Below are positions 47,369-55,550 of a DNA stretch of 64,000 bases, piece after piece. The stretch comes from Oscillospiraceae bacterium. GTDB taxonomy: Bacteria; Bacillota; Clostridia; Oscillospirales; Oscillospiraceae. A program made the position numbers and the translations under genes. The DNA is taken from NCBI GenBank assembly GCA_009777235.1, contig WRMH01000011.1, positions 2,171-66,170 of the forward strand, read 5' to 3'. Within the stretch, counting starts at the first letter, position 1. Each line of letters begins with the position of its first letter. The notes beneath the pieces were generated by a model, which was not told the DNA's origin, searched no databases, and saw only the letters and a program-made list of their open reading frames with translations.

Positions 47369-48475
47369 TCAAGTTAATGATATGGCTTTCGCGGGGCAAA
47401 ACTCGTGGCAGCAGTAACATCTTATGCAATTTTTCTCGTCTATGCAAACCATTTTGCTTTTTCCATCCATTTTTATACATTGCATCGGACAAATGCGTTT
47501 ACATTCGCCGCATCCTATGCAATTTTCCAAAATTTTCGGAGGGTTGTCGTCTTTATGTTTTTTCGCGGGTTTGAACACTTGGCGCAGCTTTGCGTAATCA
47601 TCGCCAAGCCAATCGAGCGTCAACGGGTCTATCGGGGCTAAATCCCGCTCTTTCGCTTCCGCGAGCGTATAAACGCTGTCGGTGCGAAGCCCCATCAGGT
47701 AACACTGCGCCAAATCTGCCGCATAGGGCGATATGCCCCCGATAATTACGCCCAAATGCTTGGGATCGCCGCCCGCCGGACCGGGTCCTTCCATGCCGAT
47801 CACGCCGTCCGTTATGCAAAAGCCGGGCTTGATTTTTTGACATATGTCAACGAGCATTTTTGCAAAATCTTCCCGTTTAGGGAATTTTCGGTGCAAAAGA
47901 GGTTTGTCCATGCCGGGTATCGTGCCGAAAAGGTTTTTGACTGCGCCCGTCATTGCCTGAAACCCGTGCGTTTTTACCTTTGCCAGCGAAATAACCAAGT
48001 CGGCCTCGAGCACGGGCAAAAGCAGCTCGCTTTTTTCCAATATCCGCCCTTCGGGATATGTCACCTTCTGGCTTTTTGTGTTGTATGACAGCTTTGCCCC
48101 GCTGTTTTCGGCGGCTTGTTTAATACCTGTTTTTCCGTACAGCATCCCCAAAACAAACCTTGTATGCGGCCCGCCGGTTGAGTCAATGATGGAAACATCC
48201 GCCCCGGCCTTTATAAACGCTTTGCAAACGGCTTCAACCACACTGGGATGCGTCGTCACCGCGCCGTCAGGCTTGCGGGGCATGAGCAAGTTTGGTTTGA
48301 CAAGAACTTTTGGCGGGTCTTTCTCCGCCGCGCTGTCTAAACCCGGACGCTTTGCCGCCGCGTTTTTCAAAATAGCCTCCGCTCCGCCATACGCGTCCAG
48401 CACCCGGCCTATTGCCTCATTTACCTTTTCTTGCTCATAATCGTCGCATTTTGCTATAAATACACGTTTTTCCAT
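47369..48475 (-). CDS. DUF362-domain protein with C-terminal 2x[4Fe-4S] ferredoxin domain
   Basis: CIGCGECKRICP and CIRCYCCHEFCP motifs. N-terminal MEKRVFIAKCDDYEQ is typical of DUF362. Confidence 0.8.
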   Translation of the reverse strand: MEKRVFIAKCDDYEQEKVNEAIGRVLDAYGGAEAILKNAAAKRPGLDSAAEKDPPKVLVKPNLLMPRKPDGAVTTHPSVVEAVCKAFIKAGADVSIIDSTGGPHTRFVLGMLYGKTGIKQAAENSGAKLSYNTKSQKVTYPEGRILEKSELLLPVLEADLVISLAKVKTHGFQAMTGAVKNLFGTIPGMDKPLLHRKFPKREDFAKMLVDICQKIKPGFCITDGVIGMEGPGPAGGDPKHLGVIIGGISPYAADLAQCYLMGLRTDSVYTLAEAKERDLAPIDPLTLDWLGDDYAKLRQVFKPAKKHKDDNPPKILENCIGCGECKRICPMQCIKMDGKSKMVCIDEKNCIRCYCCHEFCPAKAISLT

Positions 48476-48548
48476 TATTGCTCTACCCTCGTTTTTTATT
48501 TTTTTGTTTCGCTCTGCTTTTTTGCTTGAAATTTTGTTTTGTAAATTT

Positions 48549-49142
48549 TTACCGAGACGGCAGCGGTAAAAATCTTAGTATAAGGGAATATATTTTTTGA
48601 TTGGCGAAAACACGCTCCACATAATTTTGCGTCTCCGAAAACGGTATATGGTCGAGGGTCTTTCCGTCGGAGCTGTAATCGGGGTTTTCCAGCCAGCGTT
48701 GCACATTCCCGCCCCCCGCATTGTAGGCGCACAGCGCGGTCTCAATATCTTCAAACCTCTTTATCTGCATATCCAAGTAAAAGCATCCGATTTGTATATT
48801 TATTCTGGGATCGAAAATTTGACCGTAGTCAAAATCTTCTATTCCCATCTGCGGCACAAGCCAATACGCCGTCTCCTCCATTATCTGCATCAACCCGCTC
48901 GCGCCCACGGCAGACACCGCGTCTTTGTCAAATTTGCTTTCGGCGTGAATGACCGCCATGACAAGCTCGGGCGCAAGAGAGTATTCTTTGGCGTATTCAC
49001 TGACTATGTCAAAATAATGCAGCGGATAAAAATGGCTCACCAGCATATAGGCGATGACGGCAATAATCACGGCGGATAAAAGCGTGAACAATAGTATTTT
49101 CCAAAAGGTCTTTATCTTTTTTCCCGGCATTGAATACTCCAT
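48549..49142 (-). CDS. membrane-anchored lytic transglycosylase (SLT domain)
   Basis: AVIHAESKFDKDAVSAVGASGLMQI catalytic Glu-Ser motif, AYNAGGGNV. Confidence 0.85.
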   Translation of the reverse strand: MEYSMPGKKIKTFWKILLFTLLSAVIIAVIAYMLVSHFYPLHYFDIVSEYAKEYSLAPELVMAVIHAESKFDKDAVSAVGASGLMQIMEETAYWLVPQMGIEDFDYGQIFDPRINIQIGCFYLDMQIKRFEDIETALCAYNAGGGNVQRWLENPDYSSDGKTLDHIPFSETQNYVERVFANQKIYSLILRFLPLPSR

Positions 49143-49200
49143 ACGTCAACGAGTGAAATCGTCAGAAAGATTGCGCGGACATCCTGTGATATATTTTGAC

Positions 49201-49229
49201 TTGACAAGCTATAGATAGTTTGATAAACT
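49201..49229 (+). promoter_or_regulatory. candidate sigma-70 promoter upstream of tRNA-Ala
   Basis: TTGACA (49201-49206), 17 nt, TAAACT (49224-49229). Confidence 0.4.
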
Positions 49230-49237
49230 CATCATGC

Positions 49238-49275
49238 TTTATAAATATGTGCGGCGTTTATAAATATGTGCGGCG
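49238..49275 (+). repeat. perfect tandem duplication of a 19-nt unit
   Basis: TTTATAAATATGTGCGGCG x2 (49238-49256, 49257-49275). Confidence 0.85.
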
Positions 49276-49326
49276 AACGAATGGCATTGAAAATTGAATA
49301 AATTTGTGATAGAATAAGCACATCAT

Positions 49327-49402
<76 letters not shown>

Positions 49403-49409
49403 TTTTACA

Positions 49410-49438
49410 GTAAAGCCTTGAGAATATCAAGGCTTTAC
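49410..49438 (+). terminator. 12-bp perfect hairpin after tRNA-Ala
   Basis: GTAAAGCCTTGA-GAATA-TCAAGGCTTTAC followed by TTATT. Confidence 0.6.
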
Positions 49439-49521
49439 TTATTCACGAAGAATGGCCTAACTTTGCCGATTCTTCGCATTCTCCGTCTTGTTGCGATTTT
49501 AATACGGCACATATCCGAAAT

Positions 49522-49872
49522 TTGAGCTTATCCGAAAGCGGCCGGTTGCCGCTGTGTCGCCAAAGCACGTCTATGGAGCGGTTGCTGTCACTCTCGACTG
49601 CGACGGCAATATATTTACGGCGAAAGGCAAAAGCGATTGCTACGTTCTGGGCGGCGAAAAAGAAGCCACTGACCGCTGCTGTTATCACTGCTTTGCTCAA
49701 AGATGGGCGTGTTTCGCTCAAAGGTCTCCATTCGGAGAAAACAGGCAAAAAATACGACGCAACAGTCATTTTGGACGATACCGGCGATGGCTTTGTGAAC
49801 TTTAAGTTGGAGTTTGACCCCGCGGCAGGAAAAAACGTAAGAAAAAATGGCAAATGGCTAAAAAAATATTGA
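49522..49872 (+). pseudogene. 3-prime fragment of a conjugative-element-type DNA topoisomerase III (C-terminal repeat only)
   Basis: FWAAKKKPLTAAVITALLKDGRVSLKGLHSEKTGKKYDATVILDDTGDGFVNFKLEF matches the repeated ...GKKLT...LL.KG.T..IKGF.SK.GK.FDA.L.L... tail of TopB-like proteins. No topoisomerase core lies upstream. Confidence 0.55.
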
Positions 49873-49986
49873 AAAAGCGTGAAAATAATGTTATTATGTC
49901 TACGTAGGTTGCCGTATAGTGACTGATTAAGTTGCAACGGCTGATAAAAAGAAAAGAATAGGTTTATTAGAAAGGACGTAAAGAAA

Positions 49987-51063
49987 ATGGCAGAATTAGA
50001 AAACAGCAAGGCATTATCATTCGAGGTTTTATTAGCGGAAAGAGAAGAAAGACAAAAAATCGCAGGTTCGGGAAAGTTTTATGAGTTTCCGCGCGAGTTA
50101 ATTCTGAGAAAAAAAGTGGTACCGTTACAGGAATTTATACAAGACCCTGACGGAAAGACTACCGCGACGTCGAAGTTAGACGCGCAGGGCGAGCCTGTAA
50201 TGGGCGTAAGCGTTACTGTTTCAATGCCCAAAGGCAGCACGTATGAAGGTTATTCATTTACCACTACGCGCCCAGTGTTCAAGGCAAGCGAGTTTGGGGT
50301 TGATGAAAATGGAAAAAGAGTAAAAATCGGAGAAAAAGAAGGCTACAATGCGATTAAGCTCTATTCTGAAGCATCGTACACCATTGAGAAAGTCCCTTAC
50401 AAGTTACGAGAGGATGGCAAGCGGGAGATGAACGAGCGCGGCTACCCTGTGCCTGACTGGGATAAAAAAGAAACCAAAACGATTACGGGCGCAGAGCTTG
50501 GTGAGGTTCTTCTAAGTGCTGACAAGGCTATTGAATCACAAAAAAGGCGTTCATGGTGCGAGGTAAAAAAGAGTGATATAGTCAGCCTTTCGGTACAGCC
50601 GAAAACAAGGTATGACGAAACGCAATTAAACGACAAAGGTGAGCTTGGAAAGTATGTGCCTGTAATAGATGAACAAACGGGCAAGCCGGTAATGGAAAAT
50701 GTCGCAAAGATACGGATACCGGAAGGGACTGAGCTTGCGGGGTTTGTGCTTACGCTCAAAAACCCCCACTTATACCCTGCAAAGCTTTATGTTGACGGTC
50801 AGGAAGCGGGAGTTGACGAGAGCAAGCTGCGCTTTTCGCTGCAACAGGTGCGTTCGGACGGTGAGACAAGGACTTACAGTCTTCAAAAAACGCCGTATGT
50901 AAGAGATGAGAACGGCAATGTGGTGATGGAAAAAGTCAACCTCAACGGTAACGATATTACAAGATCGAAGCTGGACTGGGCTAATACGGAGCATAAATCC
51001 GTAAACGCTTCACAGTTGCAATATGCTTTTGGCGGCGGCAGGGAGACACAGATGTCTCAATAG
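49987..51063 (+). CDS. hypothetical protein (358 aa)
   Basis: Clean ORF with SD AAAGGA, Lys/Glu-rich, no domain recognised. Confidence 0.6.
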   Translation: MAELENSKALSFEVLLAEREERQKIAGSGKFYEFPRELILRKKVVPLQEFIQDPDGKTTATSKLDAQGEPVMGVSVTVSMPKGSTYEGYSFTTTRPVFKASEFGVDENGKRVKIGEKEGYNAIKLYSEASYTIEKVPYKLREDGKREMNERGYPVPDWDKKETKTITGAELGEVLLSADKAIESQKRRSWCEVKKSDIVSLSVQPKTRYDETQLNDKGELGKYVPVIDEQTGKPVMENVAKIRIPEGTELAGFVLTLKNPHLYPAKLYVDGQEAGVDESKLRFSLQQVRSDGETRTYSLQKTPYVRDENGNVVMEKVNLNGNDITRSKLDWANTEHKSVNASQLQYAFGGGRETQMSQ

Positions 51064-51075
51064 AGGTAGTATAAT

Positions 51076-51324
51076 ATGCGAGGCAATTATAAATATAAAC
51101 CCGAAGACTTCGCCGGGATGTTAGGACTTCCGCAAGAGTTGCAAGTTTTTTATGAGTTGCTGGAGTGTTACAAGAGCGGTTCGTCGGATAGCAACTGGTT
51201 TAGATTAAGAAATCATTGGGAAAATTTATTCTTCCTAATCAAAGCCAGAGGAGTTGAAGGCAACTTAAGCCCTGTAATGGCACAAGAAATGCATGAATAT
51301 TTGGAGATTTTGATTAATGATTGA
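51076..51324 (+). CDS. small hypothetical protein (82 aa), coupled to the HipA-like kinase
   Basis: Its stop overlaps the next ATG by 8 nt (ATGATTGA). No obvious HTH. Confidence 0.55.
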   Translation: MRGNYKYKPEDFAGMLGLPQELQVFYELLECYKSGSSDSNWFRLRNHWENLFFLIKARGVEGNLSPVMAQEMHEYLEILIND

Positions 51325-52273
51325 CTTCGATACCGGTCAAAAACGGTTAAATAAGTTCACCGGGTCTGAAAAGAAGACAACCATTTTATATGATGGTTTT
51401 GTCTACATGATAAAGTACCCCGACCCTATAAGAACCCAAAAACTCAAAGGCGTAATTAGCTACAAAAATAATCAATTTTCAGAACACATTGGTTCAAGCA
51501 TATTCAACTCCTGCGGTATTGAGTCACAAGAAACGGTTTTAGGTTGTTATACCGATACATCAGGAAAAAGAAAAACTGTAGTCGGCTGTAAAGATTTCAC
51601 CCAAAACGGCGGGGTGCTTTATGAAATTGACAAGTTGTCAAACGACATCGCCCCGGACGAAGAAAAGTTAAAAACAACCATCGAAAACGTCAATCGCATA
51701 ATTGACGAAACCGAACTAATCAAGAACAAAAAAGCAATCAAAGACGGATTTTGGAATATGTTTATAATTGATGCTTTAATCGGAAACAAAGACAGGCATT
51801 TCGGAAATTGGGGTATTCTCGTCAAAGATGACGACATAACATTCGCCCCCGTTTACGATTGCGGCTCATCTCTTGGCGCCTTGTTGGACGATGGTGAAAT
51901 GGCACGATTATTAGATAAGCCGGACGAGTTGAAAAGCGCGGAATATAACGTCCCTTCTGTTTACTACTCAGGTGGCAAGCGGATATTTTATCACGAAATA
52001 TTCAAAGGCCCGCCAAGCGGATTAGCCGAAGCCATAAAACGCACCGTCCCCAAAATCAACATGGAAAAAATATATAGTATAGTTGATTCTACCCCACAAA
52101 TATCCGAAATTAGAAAAGAGTACATGAAGAAAGCAATGACTATGCGATATGAGCAGATATTCATGCCTGCATTAAAAAGGATAATGCGAATCGAAAAAAG
52201 CAAAGCACCTAACCAAGATATACTCCGAAACAACGCACCGGAGAATGGCGACAGTGGCAAGGCAAAAGTTTAA
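51317..52273 (+). CDS. HipA_C-domain (HipA/CtkA-like) Ser/Thr kinase
   Basis: FIIDALIGNKDRHFGNWGIL catalytic loop followed by APVYDCGSSLG. 318 aa, lacking the N-terminal HipA couple domains. Confidence 0.75.
   Translation: MIDFDTGQKRLNKFTGSEKKTTILYDGFVYMIKYPDPIRTQKLKGVISYKNNQFSEHIGSSIFNSCGIESQETVLGCYTDTSGKRKTVVGCKDFTQNGGVLYEIDKLSNDIAPDEEKLKTTIENVNRIIDETELIKNKKAIKDGFWNMFIIDALIGNKDRHFGNWGILVKDDDITFAPVYDCGSSLGALLDDGEMARLLDKPDELKSAEYNVPSVYYSGGKRIFYHEIFKGPPSGLAEAIKRTVPKINMEKIYSIVDSTPQISEIRKEYMKKAMTMRYEQIFMPALKRIMRIEKSKAPNQDILRNNAPENGDSGKAKV
52214..52270 (+). repeat. 57-nt direct repeat, copy 1 (3-prime end of the HipA-like gene)
   Basis: CAAGATATACTCCGAAACAACGCACCGGAGAATGGCGACAGTGGCAAGGCAAAAGTT. 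54/57 identical to 52993-53049. Confidence 0.85.
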
Positions 52274-52292
52274 AGAAAGAGGGAAAATTGTT

Positions 52293-52700
52293 ATGAGGTA
52301 TATTACGGGACAACACGCCCTTAACATTCCCTGCAAGCTTTTAACTTGCGGAGACTGGCATCAATCGGCATTACAATGGAACACTCCCTTTTTTCGCGAT
52401 AGCGCTGACAGCATATATCGTGATTATGGTATAGAGCAAAATGTTTCTATCCCGGAACATACCGAAAAATATAGTGTTGCTAACCATATTAGAGCGTTGT
52501 TGGATTTGTTGGAGCTGGGAAAATTTTCTTTAGCTCAGGGAATGAACAAGGATTTTATTTGTAACGATACTTATACAGAAGAAATATTTGCCCATGTAAT
52601 AAAGCTTTCGAATTCTTCGTTGTGGTTGGATATAGATCATTTCATGGGAAAAGAGTATTTATCTGTATGGCTTAATTATAAGAAAGAGGTACTCGCATGA
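52293..52700 (+). CDS. hypothetical protein (135 aa)
   Basis: Start at MRYITGQHALNIPCKLLTCGDWHQSALQW (AGAGGG SD). The longer ORF from 52245 overlaps the kinase tail. Confidence 0.55.
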   Translation: MRYITGQHALNIPCKLLTCGDWHQSALQWNTPFFRDSADSIYRDYGIEQNVSIPEHTEKYSVANHIRALLDLLELGKFSLAQGMNKDFICNDTYTEEIFAHVIKLSNSSLWLDIDHFMGKEYLSVWLNYKKEVLA

Positions 52701-53166
52701 GCTATTTGTGGAAAGAACACGAGTGTGCGATTTACTCTTTTCTCAAATATCTTAATATTACTCTCAACTTTCCGGGCAAACTGTATTGCTTTTGCGTAGT
52801 GCTTTTGAGCACAAGGGAAATGAGCAGTTTGATTATCTTGTAAGAGAACAACACGACGAGTTAATCAATGACAAAAAGCTTGCTGATGATTTTTTGTCTA
52901 TGTATGACAAGCTCGGACTGCTCTATGATGAAAATGAAAAGCAAATACTTTCTTTAATTGCTCATAATGACGATCAGCGGAATGTTTATGGTCAAGATAT
53001 ACTCCGAAACAACGCACCAGAGAATGGCGGGAGTGGCAAGGCAAAAGTTATGGCAAACAAAGACACAGCAAAATACAAAGAACGAGCTGCTGAAAAACAA
53101 AAGAGCAAGCAGCGTGTGAAAACGATAAACGGTAAAGCTGACACTTCCCGCAACGAGACTTTATAG
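52697..53166 (+). pseudogene. hypothetical gene apparently split by a frameshift near 52785
   Basis: ATG 52697 overlaps the upstream TGA and reads MSYLWKEHECAIYSFLKYLNITLNFPGKLY... to a stop at 52843. A second frame from 52786 reads ...LRSAFEHKGNEQFDYLVREQHDELINDKK...QDILRNNAPENGGSGKAKVMANKD... to 53166. Confidence 0.35.
52993..53049 (+). repeat. 57-nt direct repeat, copy 2
   Basis: CAAGATATACTCCGAAACAACGCACCAGAGAATGGCGGGAGTGGCAAGGCAAAAGTT. Both copies encode QDILRNNAPENG(D/G)SGKAKV. Confidence 0.85.
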
Positions 53167-53177
53167 TCACTTTTTCA

Positions 53178-53390
53178 ATGAACAGACATGAAAAAAATGA
53201 AGATGGTGTTGTTACGCTCCCCTATCCTGTATATAGCGAAGAACTCATAAAGTTCATTGATGTTTTCTATAAAAGTGGACTATCGGTGGATAACTATCAA
53301 GATGAACTGAATATGGGAACTTCGGGTCTGCTTGACCCGAAGTTGAAAAGCAGTAATAAGTTTTATCAATGCAATTTGGTGATTTTGTAA
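53178..53390 (+). CDS. short hypothetical ORF (70 aa), possibly a gene fragment
   Basis: ORF only. No SD or domain recognised. Confidence 0.3.
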   Translation: MNRHEKNEDGVVTLPYPVYSEELIKFIDVFYKSGLSVDNYQDELNMGTSGLLDPKLKSSNKFYQCNLVIL

Positions 53391-53421
53391 CCGTAGATAA
53401 ATATAGATAATCTAGAAAGGA

Positions 53422-53718
53422 ATGGTCTTACCGATGAACGAAATAATGGAAAGGGGCTTTCAATATATTACTGAACTCCCCCCATTGATAGTTAATATTG
53501 GAGTGATCCTTGGTATACTCGCAGTGCTTATTCCATTATGTTTATTTTTCGTGCGAAAAATAAAACGTAGATATGCCTATTGGGTCAAATGGGGAAAGCA
53601 TTTTAAAAAAAGCTCCCCTGAAGACCGGATTGACCACATTATGGCTTCGCTTGATAATGGGACAAGTGAAGTTATCGTAGAAGAACGTGTCACAAAGGGG
53701 GATAACTCAAATGAATAA
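53422..53718 (+). CDS. small single-pass membrane protein (cassette gene 1)
   Basis: 98 aa (start uncertain: 53422/53434/53446). TM LPPLIVNIGVILGILAVLIPLCLFFV followed by the basic stretch RKIKRRYAYWVKWGKHFKK. Overlaps the next gene by 8 nt. Confidence 0.55.
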   Translation: MVLPMNEIMERGFQYITELPPLIVNIGVILGILAVLIPLCLFFVRKIKRRYAYWVKWGKHFKKSSPEDRIDHIMASLDNGTSEVIVEERVTKGDNSNE

Positions 53719-54655
53719 TAATTTATCAGATAAAATTAAAAGAATATTTCATTTTAAAAATGGGTATTCTTCACATGATCAACTCTCGGGGTCAGTAATT
53801 CCGGAGCAATTTGAGACTGCGGTTTTGAAACATATTATTTGCAATAACACTGCCATATCTGTTCCTAATCATAATTATCCTTTATTATTAGGGATACAAG
53901 GTCCGTACGGTTATGGAAAAACATATATGGTGAAAGAAATTTGTAAAAACTATAATATATTTTTGACCTCGCTATCATCATCTCAACTAAGTGGAGAAAT
54001 GGAAGGCGATTCGAAAAAAAAACTTCAAAGAGAATACGAAGCCATATGTATAGAAGTTGCAAAAAGAAAACATTGTGGCTTGCTTCTAATTGACGATTTC
54101 CATTTAACCATTGCTACGGAAGATACTATTGGAAAAACAGTAAATTCAAATTTGTTAGCGTCTTACTTAATGAGTTTATCCGATAACCCTAATATAGCAG
54201 GTATTAGAGTTCCGATAATCTTAACTGGAAATAATTATAAACGGGTATATCCTGCGATCGTTCGAGATGGGCGAATGGACATATTCACTTGGAATCCCAC
54301 AATAGATGATATCGCTCCAATTGTACATCATATTTTTAATTCTAAATTTGTCGGTATAGAGAATGAAATAATTTCGACGATGATACAACAATACTCGGAT
54401 ATGAATATTGCTTTTTTTGAACAAATATCACAAGACTTAATGAACAGTAATATTATACAAACAATAAATATGTTCAAGACAAAAAAAGGGGGACTATCTA
54501 TAGCAGAGCTAAGTAATTCAGTTCGATCTTCATTATCTACTTTAGAATTAACCGAAGATGCTTTATTATTTTTTTGCCAGAGAAGAAAAGCATCTATACT
54601 TCTTGATTTCGAAAACTCAACTAAAAACAAGGTGGAAAATGGAGAGGAAAGCTAA
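53711..54655 (+). CDS. AAA+ ATPase of the classic clade with Rubisco-activase-like signature blocks (cassette gene 2)
   Basis: AAGGGGGA SD. Walker A GIQGPYGYGKT, Walker B CGLLLIDDFH, sensor-1 region VPIILTGNN, Arg-finger region IVRDGRMDIFTWNPT, and TVNSNLLASYLMSLSDNP block. Confidence 0.8.
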   Translation: MNNNLSDKIKRIFHFKNGYSSHDQLSGSVIPEQFETAVLKHIICNNTAISVPNHNYPLLLGIQGPYGYGKTYMVKEICKNYNIFLTSLSSSQLSGEMEGDSKKKLQREYEAICIEVAKRKHCGLLLIDDFHLTIATEDTIGKTVNSNLLASYLMSLSDNPNIAGIRVPIILTGNNYKRVYPAIVRDGRMDIFTWNPTIDDIAPIVHHIFNSKFVGIENEIISTMIQQYSDMNIAFFEQISQDLMNSNIIQTINMFKTKKGGLSIAELSNSVRSSLSTLELTEDALLFFCQRRKASILLDFENSTKNKVENGEES

Positions 54656-55296
54656 TGGATAATAAGAATAATGTTACCGTCAAAACGTCAATAGCTTCGC
54701 CTGAATTATCACTTAAATCCATCAATAGAGTCTCGGCAGTATATAATATTTGCTATGAAATATTTAAAATATTTCATGCACCCAAGTCGACGTTTCGAAT
54801 CTTATATGATGGGATCATGGATGAACATGTCTTGAAAAAAATGACTCTATATTTTATATCACCTGATGATATAGTAGAATTTATGTTGATTTTGTCGATT
54901 GATTTAGAGTTACATAACGTCATCATGCAAACCTCTAACGTGGGTTCTATCCAAGTAAATAAGCAGCTATCTACGGTCGAACAACTTGTCGGAAATAGGG
55001 AGGGATTTAAACAGCTATATAAGGAAATGATGAAAACTAAACGAATAAAAACCCGGATAGTTACTTATCGATATATAACACTTAGCTCTGATGAGCATAA
55101 ACGAATAGACAAAAAATTGGGATTAAAAACACTCACTGGTGATTTTACAATGAGTGGTAGATATCGTACCTATAAAATAACTCCCAAACAACTGTCAGAA
55201 ACATCTTTGACGATTCGTGTGCGGAAAAATGATATGTCCCCATCAGCAATGCGGCACTTTATAAATATATTAAGGTCATTTTGGGACTCTTTTTAG
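54655..55296 (+). CDS. hypothetical protein, 213 aa (cassette gene 3)
   Basis: The ATG shares one base with the AAA+ stop (TAATG). GGAGAGG SD. Soluble and Lys/Ile-rich. No catalytic motif recognised. Confidence 0.65.
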   Translation: MDNKNNVTVKTSIASPELSLKSINRVSAVYNICYEIFKIFHAPKSTFRILYDGIMDEHVLKKMTLYFISPDDIVEFMLILSIDLELHNVIMQTSNVGSIQVNKQLSTVEQLVGNREGFKQLYKEMMKTKRIKTRIVTYRYITLSSDEHKRIDKKLGLKTLTGDFTMSGRYRTYKITPKQLSETSLTIRVRKNDMSPSAMRHFINILRSFWDSF

Positions 55297-55362
55297 TCCT
55301 TCAATTAGCATGGCATGTTAATTTAGCAAAAATCGTGAAGTCCGTCAAGGGTAAATGAACGG

Positions 55363-55395
55363 CTGCGCCGCTCAAATGGCGGCAGCGCAGTTTTT
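55363..55395 (+). terminator. Rho-independent terminator after the cassette
   Basis: CTGCGCCGC...GCGGCAGCGCAG imperfect hairpin followed by TTTTT (55391-55395). Confidence 0.6.
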
Positions 55396-55550
55396 CCCAT
55401 CAGTCGGAGGGCAGGCATAACACACTAAACTTTGCCTACGGCAAAAGCGGCACGGCAGCAATATGAAAAACAGTCGGGCAAAAAAGTGGTATCATCGTTA
55501 AACGCAAAAAACCTTAAAGAGTTAAAAGGGAAAGAGGAAGGTAAGTCCGA

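Noticed and set aside
49238-49275. CRISPR array search (this tandem repeat, the 10445-10506 pair, the 38394-38445 pair, the 45344-45365 pair)
   Set aside because: Each has only two copies, wrong unit sizes or no spacers, and no cas genes in the window. No CRISPR array is present.
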